Assembly: GCA_947178315.1 (NCBI GenBank)
Contig: CAMWXW010000001.1
Coordinates: 1-27,631 of the forward strand
Origin: an uncultured Desulfovibrionaceae bacterium
GTDB taxonomy: Bacteria > Desulfobacterota > Desulfovibrionia > Desulfovibrionales > Desulfovibrionaceae
Reading direction: 5' to 3'
DNA length: 27,631 nucleotides
This document shows positions 8,835 to 16,161 of the stretch, one piece after another (position 1 is the stretch's first letter; every line of letters begins with the position of its first letter). A program made the translations under genes and the position numbers. The notes under the pieces are model-generated. The model saw only the letters and a program-made list of their open reading frames with translations, did not search any database and had not been told where the DNA came from.

Positions 8835-9458
8835 TTAAAAAAGATAGCGGAAGCTAAAGATAACATCTATGCCACTAAGACTACGAACTGAGATATTGGT
8901 AAGATGTGGAGTAGAGTATCCAACATAGCGAACAGTGAGGTCAAGAATGGTGTCTTTTTTGACAGCATACCATGTTCCTAGTCCTGCCTGCCATACAAAA
9001 TTTCCGTATGAACTTCCGCTTCCACTATGGGCTCCTTCTTGTTCTATTGACATAATAGAAACACCAATACCACCCTGCGTATATATTGCTAGTTGAGGGA
9101 TAATATGCCAATCTAAGTAGATATTAGTAAAGATAGTGTGGGTTGTAATCCCTACTGATGCTAGGATATCTCTACTCTGTTGTGTTTTATCTTTTGTGCG
9201 AAATAGGTATTCAAACTCTATACGTAGACCAAAGGGCTTCATGAAGTAATATTGTCCCCCGAAGGCTGTCCCTATATTGAATGAAGAAAGATTACTCCTT
9301 TTCTTTTTCTGTGTTGTGGTATCTTTGAGATCAATTAATGTTGCAGAATAGCCGAGTTTTCCTGCTAAATAGACATGAAATGTATTGTGTTCTTCTGCAT
9401 ATGCCGAGGTGCATAGTCCACTTAGAAGAAGGAGCGTTGTGAGTAATAGCCTTTTCAT
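8835..9458 (-). CDS. Outer-membrane beta-barrel protein (opacity/Ail/OmpA-like 8-stranded family)
   Basis: Sec signal peptide ending AYA, amphipathic strands (LRIEFEY, TIFTNIYLDW, FVWQAGLG, LDLTVRY) and C-terminal RYLF. Confidence 0.8.
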   Translation of the reverse strand: MKRLLLTTLLLLSGLCTSAYAEEHNTFHVYLAGKLGYSATLIDLKDTTTQKKKRSNLSSFNIGTAFGGQYYFMKPFGLRIEFEYLFRTKDKTQQSRDILASVGITTHTIFTNIYLDWHIIPQLAIYTQGGIGVSIMSIEQEGAHSGSGSSYGNFVWQAGLGTWYAVKKDTILDLTVRYVGYSTPHLTNISVRSLSGIDVIFSFRYLF

Positions 9459-9995
9459 TATTTCTTTCCTTATACCGAATCTATATTAATTATCTTAAGA
9501 AATCTCTGTGTAAATGGTATCGATGAACTTGTAGGCAGAGTCATTCTAGCTTCTACTTACAAAGGAGTCTATTTGCATAGTAAGCATTTTTAGATATAAA
9601 GGCAAATCCTTTTATTCTATTTTTATAATGAGTCCTTGTTATCTTTTGTATCTTTCTTCTTATCGTATTCTTTCTGTGTCCCTATATGTCGATGTATGTA
9701 TAATATAGCTAATATGCTTTTGTAATTGAGTCTATTTCGTAAATGAAGAGTCTACTATCATAAGAGGATTTTCTTAGACACTTTATATGGTTGTATTGGT
9801 GAGAGTAGACGTAGAGAGTGGAAGCTTTGAAAGAGCCCCAATTTTTGCTTGCTTGTTTTTTATTTGTAACATATAGTAGTATATCAATAATATCTTGCTC
9901 TCCTTGCTACTATGGATATGTCCATATTCTACTATATCATGTTTTCGATCATCTCCTAATAGAGAGATAGAACAGTCTATTAAATAGGATACATT

Positions 9996-11351
9996 ATGAA
10001 ACATCGTTTATTTACAATGATACTTGTTGTATGGTGCTATGTATTTCATACAGTACTTGTGCTTCCATTAGCACGGAGTGCAGAACGTTCACTAACTCCT
10101 TTCCAATCAAATCAAGGTAGGGGTGAATTCTTTATAAAAGATATACCCTTTAATGAAAAAGTTCTTTTAGAACAGGTAGTAGCTCTGGCTTTAGAGGATA
10201 AAGGGAATTCAAAGCTCTTAGTCCCTGAGAGTGTTCTTTTTAGTACTATCTCTGAATATGTAGAGCCTATATCTGATTCTTCTCATGAACATGTTTCACT
10301 TGATATCCTTGCTATTGAAAATCAACATATAGCACATTCTCGACACTATAGTGAGTACACAGCTTTTGAATATAGCGAAGTAGAACGTCCATCTAAGGTA
10401 CATATTTATCGCTCTACAACTGCTCTGCCTTTATTTTATAAAGATATTGGGCTTGATGATGAGACAGCTCCTCTCCCTTTTACTATAATGCTTTTTGGTA
10501 ACTATATGCAAACAAAAGTAGTTACCTCTAATTTTCAAGGTTCGTCGCTAGTACAAGATATATCATTCGGGAATATATCATTTGGTGACTTTAATATGCC
10601 TCTTACTGGTTTTGCAGATATCAGAGAAGTAGAGCAACGTTTTGTCACTGGAGGAGCACGATTTGCTGTTAATGTCTTACCATTCTGGTCTGTTTATGGA
10701 ATACTTGCCTGTAGTACGGGAAGTACAAAATCAGCTGTCAATGTAAAAAATATCTATATGAAAGATGTTGAACTCAAAGCAAATACAGGGAATAGTTTCA
10801 CCGATGCTCTGATTAATGGAATAATCCAAGGAATGGGCGATAGGCTTCTTGTGCGTGAAGGCTCTATGCCATTTGTTATGGATTTTGACGCATTTTCTAC
10901 AGGAATTGGTACGACACTAGCTATTGGAGGAAAGCTCTTTTTTACTACTGTAGATACAAACTATGTTATTACAAGTGTTGAAAGTGCACAGATTATGATT
11001 CACACAATAAATGCTTCTGCACGAGTAGGTATGCACAAAACAAAGGCTGGACAGCAAATGGCGATATGGTTAGGTGCAAGCTATATGGAAAATATCGTTG
11101 GTAGCAAAAAGTTAGGAGCTGTGATGTCCGTAGAGCGTTTAAGCGATCTCTTTCAATTAGATGGTCTAGCTCAGAGTATTGTAGGGAATAAACCTGCTGA
11201 TATCAAATGGTCTGTAAATCAAAAACCCCTTAATGTCTTTAGTGCGCTTGTAGGACTTAGATATTCTCCAAAGAGAAATTTTGATATCGTAACAGAAGTT
11301 GGATTTATCGATAGAGTCAATGTTATGGTGAGTGCAGCGTATAACTTCTAA
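9996..11351 (+). CDS. Uncharacterised secreted outer-membrane beta-barrel protein with N-terminal extension
   Basis: Signal-like N-terminus, alternating-hydrophobic strands from about aa 143 and C-terminal AYNF (BAM signal). Motifs LP.F, VLPFWSVYG.L, G.GTTLA.G, IWLG..Y and TEVGF..R. Confidence 0.7.
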   Translation: MKHRLFTMILVVWCYVFHTVLVLPLARSAERSLTPFQSNQGRGEFFIKDIPFNEKVLLEQVVALALEDKGNSKLLVPESVLFSTISEYVEPISDSSHEHVSLDILAIENQHIAHSRHYSEYTAFEYSEVERPSKVHIYRSTTALPLFYKDIGLDDETAPLPFTIMLFGNYMQTKVVTSNFQGSSLVQDISFGNISFGDFNMPLTGFADIREVEQRFVTGGARFAVNVLPFWSVYGILACSTGSTKSAVNVKNIYMKDVELKANTGNSFTDALINGIIQGMGDRLLVREGSMPFVMDFDAFSTGIGTTLAIGGKLFFTTVDTNYVITSVESAQIMIHTINASARVGMHKTKAGQQMAIWLGASYMENIVGSKKLGAVMSVERLSDLFQLDGLAQSIVGNKPADIKWSVNQKPLNVFSALVGLRYSPKRNFDIVTEVGFIDRVNVMVSAAYNF

Positions 11352-11496
11352 AAAGAGGTACGTGCTAGATAGTGGCAACATGGCTTTATTCTTGATTCTG
11401 TAGCTATTCTATAGTAGAATAAATAAGTTATTTATGAGGGATATTCCTTTGTTGGAGTAAGTACTCTTGTACTAATTTGTGCTATAGAGGTAGGAT

Positions 11497-12468
11497 ATGG
11501 AAGTAGTCTTAGTCACAGGGACAGCAGGGTTTATTGGATTTCATACAGCGAAAGTATTATTGGAATCTGGATATGCTGTTATTGGTATAGATAATTTTTG
11601 TGACTATTATGATGTGAGGTTAAAAGAAGATAGACATAGAATTTTAGAGCAATATCCTCACTATACAGGACATAGAATAGATATTTGTGATGCTTCTCGT
11701 ATGGAGGCAATTTTTGAAGAAAACTCTGTTGACTATATTATTCATCTAGCTGCACAAGCAGGTGTTCGCTATAGTTTAGAGAAGCCTACACTCTATATTC
11801 AAACAAATGCACTTGGATTTGGTATTCTTATTGATTTAGCAAGACGATATGCAGTGAAGCATTTTATCTATGCCTCTTCTAGTTCTGTATATGGAGCAAA
11901 TACCCGTATTCCTTTCAAAGAAACAGATTGTGTTGAAGAACCCCTCAGTGTCTATGGTGCAACTAAGAAAGCAAATGAGTTGATTGCGTATTCATATAGC
12001 CATTTATTCCAGCTACCTACTACTGGATTGCGATTTTTTACAGTCTATGGTCCTTTTGGCAGACCTGATATGGCTTTCTTTAAGTTTACAAAAGCACTAT
12101 TCGAAGGGACACCAATAGATCTCTATAATAATGGTGATATGAGAAGGGATTTTACCTATATTGATGATATTGTAACTGGTATACTTGGTGTACTAAAGAG
12201 TATTCCTGATAAAGAGCCACCATATGTTATATATAATATAGGAAATACGATATGTGTACCTTTAGAGCAATGTATTGATATCTTAGAAAGAGCGACAGGT
12301 AAGAAAGCAAATATACGATATCTACCTATGCAAGATGGTGATATGTATGCAACCTATTCTGATATTACAGCATTACATAACGCTGTTGGCTATACTCCCA
12401 CAACATCAGTAGAAGAGGGCATACCTCGTTTTGTAGACTGGTATAAAGAATACTATAAAATAGCATAA
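11497..12468 (+). CDS. NAD-dependent epimerase, UDP-glucuronate 4-epimerase-like (extended SDR)
   Basis: GTAGFIG Rossmann motif, HLAAQAGVRYS, YASSSSVYG, catalytic YGATK, LRFFTVYGPFGRPDMA and RDFTYIDD. Confidence 0.93.
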   Translation: MEVVLVTGTAGFIGFHTAKVLLESGYAVIGIDNFCDYYDVRLKEDRHRILEQYPHYTGHRIDICDASRMEAIFEENSVDYIIHLAAQAGVRYSLEKPTLYIQTNALGFGILIDLARRYAVKHFIYASSSSVYGANTRIPFKETDCVEEPLSVYGATKKANELIAYSYSHLFQLPTTGLRFFTVYGPFGRPDMAFFKFTKALFEGTPIDLYNNGDMRRDFTYIDDIVTGILGVLKSIPDKEPPYVIYNIGNTICVPLEQCIDILERATGKKANIRYLPMQDGDMYATYSDITALHNAVGYTPTTSVEEGIPRFVDWYKEYYKIA

Positions 12469-12501
12469 GAGAGTATATAGATATATATTTTTATCACTGC
12501 A

Positions 12502-12548
12502 TACTACAAATGATACTTGCTCTATATACAATAATATCATTTGTAGTA
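12502..12548. terminator. 14-bp perfect inverted repeat between convergent epimerase and sppA (probable bidirectional terminator)
   Basis: TACTACAAATGATA (12502-12515) pairs with TATCATTTGTAGTA (12535-12548), 19-nt loop. Confidence 0.6.
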
Positions 12549-12557
12549 GTAATTCTA

Positions 12558-13499
12558 CTATAGCATATTAGGCAACCATAGGTAATGGAATCCTGCTTCG
12601 AGAGAAAATGCTTCTGGAATAAATCTCTCTTCACCTAACTTCATACTCATATTACTATACTCTGTACCATCAGGAAGATCAGTTCTTCTATATGTAACTA
12701 CTTTTACCTTCTCTATATTGAGTTCCTTTTTTATTTGGGTAAGAGTATCTTCAAAATATCCTATAGAATCAATAAGCCCCATGTCTAATGCTTGATTTGC
12801 CGTGAGTATACGACCATCTTTATAGAGAGTATGAGTTTGTGCTTGAGGTCTATTTTCTGTAACGAGATGTTGGAATCGGGTATTCATTGAATCTACAATC
12901 GCACGGACAATATTAGTCTCTTCAGGAGTAGGTTTACGAAGAATAGAGCCCATATCTTTCATTGCTCCAGATGTTACTGTAGATGTCTCAATACCTATTG
13001 ATTTAAGAGTTTCAGCTATAGAAATACGTGTTACGATAACTCCAATACTTCCTGTTATGCTTGTTGGGTGAGCCATAATTGAGTGGCTTGCAAGAGCAAT
13101 ATAATAGCCTCCAGATGCTGCTACATCCATCATGAGAGTATATATTTTTTTGTTTCCTTCCATACGAATACGGTTGATTTCATTATATAAAATATCACTT
13201 GCCGTTACAGAACCACCAGGTGAGTTGATTGCAAGAATAATTGCTTTTACAGAAGTATCTTTCTGTGCAAGTCGGAGCTGAGCAGTTACTTCTTGTAATA
13301 TACTAGGGTGTGAGTTAAAAATACCTTCTTTTGGAATGCTTGAAATTACACCTGTTATATGTATAAGTGCAACTTTATCTGTTCCAGAACCACTGAGTGT
13401 TTTTTCAGAAAAGGCTTGAGGAGGACTAAATAATCCAAAGTCTCCACAGGCTGTTATTAATAGTGATATAACGAGTATCATCATAATGCGTATACTCAT
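12558..13499 (-). CDS. sppA: Signal peptide peptidase SppA (S49), lipoprotein
   Basis: Lipobox ITAC, INSPGGS, AASGGYY (catalytic Ser), TGSIGV and SGAMKD (Lys). RBS AGGAGG. Confidence 0.92.
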   Translation of the reverse strand: MSIRIMMILVISLLITACGDFGLFSPPQAFSEKTLSGSGTDKVALIHITGVISSIPKEGIFNSHPSILQEVTAQLRLAQKDTSVKAIILAINSPGGSVTASDILYNEINRIRMEGNKKIYTLMMDVAASGGYYIALASHSIMAHPTSITGSIGVIVTRISIAETLKSIGIETSTVTSGAMKDMGSILRKPTPEETNIVRAIVDSMNTRFQHLVTENRPQAQTHTLYKDGRILTANQALDMGLIDSIGYFEDTLTQIKKELNIEKVKVVTYRRTDLPDGTEYSNMSMKLGEERFIPEAFSLEAGFHYLWLPNML

Positions 13500-13680
13500 A
13501 TAGCCTCCTTAAAAGTATGCTATGTCTTCTACATAGTCCATCATAATGCATCTATATAGTATACATGTCATATGTACGTAAAGCAATACATATATCTTTG
13601 TAGATTATGTGGCTGTATATTGGTACGTCTCATAGAATAGAGATGATAACTATGAAAGGGTAGTGTTCTTTTATAATCGT

Positions 13681-14136
13681 TTATGATGAGAGTGCTAAAA
13701 ATGCACTATACGCTCGAGCAACATAGCTTGTTGAAGGCAAGAGTGTTTGTGTAACATGCTGATGTTTAGGAACTCTAGGTTCTCCTATTGAGTATGTATG
13801 TATTGTATTGGCTTCTTGTACAAGTGAGTGTGCAGATGTCGTGTACTCAATAATGACATCTGTGAAATATTCATGTTCTAAAAAAGAGTTAACACTCTCA
13901 AGAAGCATAGGCTTATAATAATGCATTTCTTGGAAAGAAGAGGAGTCATGCGTTCCAACGATAAGATGTTTCTGTTTTGTACCAATAGGATATATATAGG
14001 ATATGATAGGCTCACCTACAATACTATCCCACTGCTTCCATAGAGGAAAGAGTTTACGTGAGATATCGAGTTCATCAAGAAGATTCGTATTTTTACTTTT
14101 TTGTAACGCATAATGTAAATAAGATTGTACTTCCAT
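13681..14136 (-). CDS. DUF721/DciA-family protein
   Basis: LWKQWDSIVG, L.V...DS...QEM.Y.K..LL..VN pattern typical of DUF721, and located downstream of recR. Confidence 0.7.
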   Translation of the reverse strand: MEVQSYLHYALQKSKNTNLLDELDISRKLFPLWKQWDSIVGEPIISYIYPIGTKQKHLIVGTHDSSSFQEMHYYKPMLLESVNSFLEHEYFTDVIIEYTTSAHSLVQEANTIHTYSIGEPRVPKHQHVTQTLLPSTSYVARAYSAFLALSS

Positions 14137-14374
14137 ATCTGTTCTTATAGCATGAGAGAGGAGTATATTGCAATATCTCTGTGATGTCTTGATATATCTA
14201 TGTTATAAGAGTTCCTTTGCTTTCTTTATATTATTTAAGTTTATATATGATAATGATACTCTATAACTACTGAAGAATATACGCATAATCAAGTAATAAC
14301 AGGTTTAGAAATAAATTCTCTCTCTAAACAATCTAGAGATAATTTTATATACAGGAATATAGACTAATACAATG

Positions 14375-14983
14375 TTACTCAAGACTATGTCTATATCTCA
14401 TAGATTGGCGTAATGTCTCTTTATCCATAAATTTTACCTCTGCTCCAAGAGGGATACCTTGTGCAAGTCGTGTAATTGCAATATGAGGATATTCTTTTTT
14501 TATGAGATGTGAGAGTGAAGTAATTGTGTTTTCAGCTTCTAGTGTTGTACCAAGTCCAAGTATGACTTCTTCTACCTTTCTTCTTTCTAACGCTGTCCGT
14601 AATCTCTGTATATCAGAGCTATCAAGATGTACTCCTGAAGTGCTTTCACTTGGTGTTAGAACAAGATAACGTCCCTTATAAAAACCTGCATTTTCTATGT
14701 GGAGAAAACTATCCCATTCTCTCACAATACAAAGGAGAGTATCATCTCGACCTGTATCTGAACAGAGAGAACATATTTCTGTATCAGAAAGTGTGCCACA
14801 GTGGGTACACTTAAATAGAATATCACGGAGTGAAGCTATATTTGTACCTAATGTTTTTACATCACGCTCTGGTAAATCGAGGAGAAAAAGGGCACAACGA
14901 AGTGCTGATTTTGGGCCAAGTCCGGGAAATTTCTGGAGTTGCTCTACTATGGTGCGTAGTGCTTCTGGTATATTTTCATTCAT
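14375..14983 (-). CDS. recR: Recombination mediator RecR
   Basis: HhH motif PGLGPKSALR, C4 zinc finger CTHC-x8-CSLC, Toprim region and TRLAQGIPLG. Confidence 0.96.
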   Translation of the reverse strand: MNENIPEALRTIVEQLQKFPGLGPKSALRCALFLLDLPERDVKTLGTNIASLRDILFKCTHCGTLSDTEICSLCSDTGRDDTLLCIVREWDSFLHIENAGFYKGRYLVLTPSESTSGVHLDSSDIQRLRTALERRKVEEVILGLGTTLEAENTITSLSHLIKKEYPHIAITRLAQGIPLGAEVKFMDKETLRQSMRYRHSLE

Positions 14984-14991
14984 AGCTCTAC

Positions 14992-15300
14992 CTATAGAAG
15001 ACCAGGAATAGAGAATCCACCTGTAACACTAGACATATGTTCTTCTATCATGCCCTTGACTTTTTTTTGTGCATCGTTGATTGCTGTGATAATGAGATCT
15101 TGTAACATATCTTTATCTTGTAAAGCAATAGGATCAATGTGTAATGCTGTGATAGCATGCTCTCCATTGACTGTTACAGAAACAATTCCTCCACCACTTG
15201 TCGCTTCAACAGTCTTTGTTTTCAACTCTTCCTGTAAGGACTCTAGCTTTTTTTTCATTGATTGTGCTTGTTCTAATAATTTATTCATTCTAATCACCAT
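14992..15300 (-). CDS. ybaB: YbaB/EbfC nucleoid-associated protein
   Basis: QAQ.MKKKL, SGGG.VSVTVNG, IDP, DKDMLQDLI..AINDA; directly upstream of recR. An alternative start exists at 15288. Confidence 0.95.
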   Translation of the reverse strand: MVIRMNKLLEQAQSMKKKLESLQEELKTKTVEATSGGGIVSVTVNGEHAITALHIDPIALQDKDMLQDLIITAINDAQKKVKGMIEEHMSSVTGGFSIPGLL

Positions 15301-15397
15301 CTCTTTGAGAAAACGAGTACTCTTAATATGTTGTAGTATGAAGACTATTTTTCTTAGTTATTATAATAGTTACAATCGATATTCTAATAGGGACGTG

Positions 15398-15616
15398 TTA
15401 TTTCATACGATATATTATTCGACCACGTGAAAAATCATAGGGGGAGAGTTCTACTTTTACTTTGTCTCCGGGTAATATCCGTATATAAAATTTTCTCATC
15501 TTTCCAGAAATATGAGCCAGTACAGTATGTCCGTTATCTAATAGAACTGTAAACATTGCATTGGGTAATGCTTCTTGTACTACTCCATCAGCCTCTATTC
15601 CTTCTTCTTTTGCCAT
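15398..15616 (-). CDS. infA: Translation initiation factor IF-1
   Basis: [45 protein letters not shown]; 72 aa. RBS AAGGAG. Confidence 0.98.
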   Translation of the reverse strand: MAKEEGIEADGVVQEALPNAMFTVLLDNGHTVLAHISGKMRKFYIRILPGDKVKVELSPYDFSRGRIIYRMK

Positions 15617-15641
15617 TGGTTCTCCTTGATTATGTTTCTAA

Positions 15642-15671
15642 AGAATACATAATATATCTAGTTTTTGTCAA
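15642..15671 (-). promoter_or_regulatory. Candidate sigma70 promoter of infA
   Basis: Minus strand TTGACA (15671-15666), 18-nt spacer, TATTCT (15647-15642), 25 nt upstream of the ATG. Confidence 0.4.
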
Positions 15672-16161
15672 GTAGTTTACAATATATACTTGTTGAGCAT
15701 ATGTTCTTCTTGCAAGAATCAGTGCGTATTTTACTCTCATGACATGAGTGAGTAGATATCTCTTGTAAGTCTATGTATAATCAAATAAGAAGGAGTCTCG
15801 TAGAGAGAGCTTATGTGAAATAAGAAGAGAGAGTGCATAACTTGAGTCTCTAAGCAGACGTAGTGTAATACTTCATAATACTATTTGTATAAACTCCATT
15901 CATACATAGAGCTGATAGTGAAAAAGTATGTAGATATACTCTTCATAGGTAAGGGAAGAAGTGTCTAGAGGTCGCTTATAATGATAAAATATACTTTATC
16001 TTATGTTCCTATTGTATTTGCTCCTAGTTGGTATCTTGATTTGTATCATACATATTTTGTGTAATGCACTTTATAGAGATATCTATGAGATATAAGGTAC
16101 GTACTCAAGAAAAGTAGTGAGAAGTCTAGACATTTGCTAGATATCTCTTTATAGTTACTTT

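Noticed and set aside
9783-10004. 73-aa ORF in the gap between the OMP genes
   Set aside because: No motif or clear RBS, and it overlaps the start of the 451-aa gene. Probably spurious in AT-rich DNA.
15419-15434. Additional parS-like sequences (TCGACCACGTGAAAAA here, TGTTCCATGTGGTGTG at 3692-3707)
   Set aside because: Only 11-12/16 matches, and both lie inside coding sequence.
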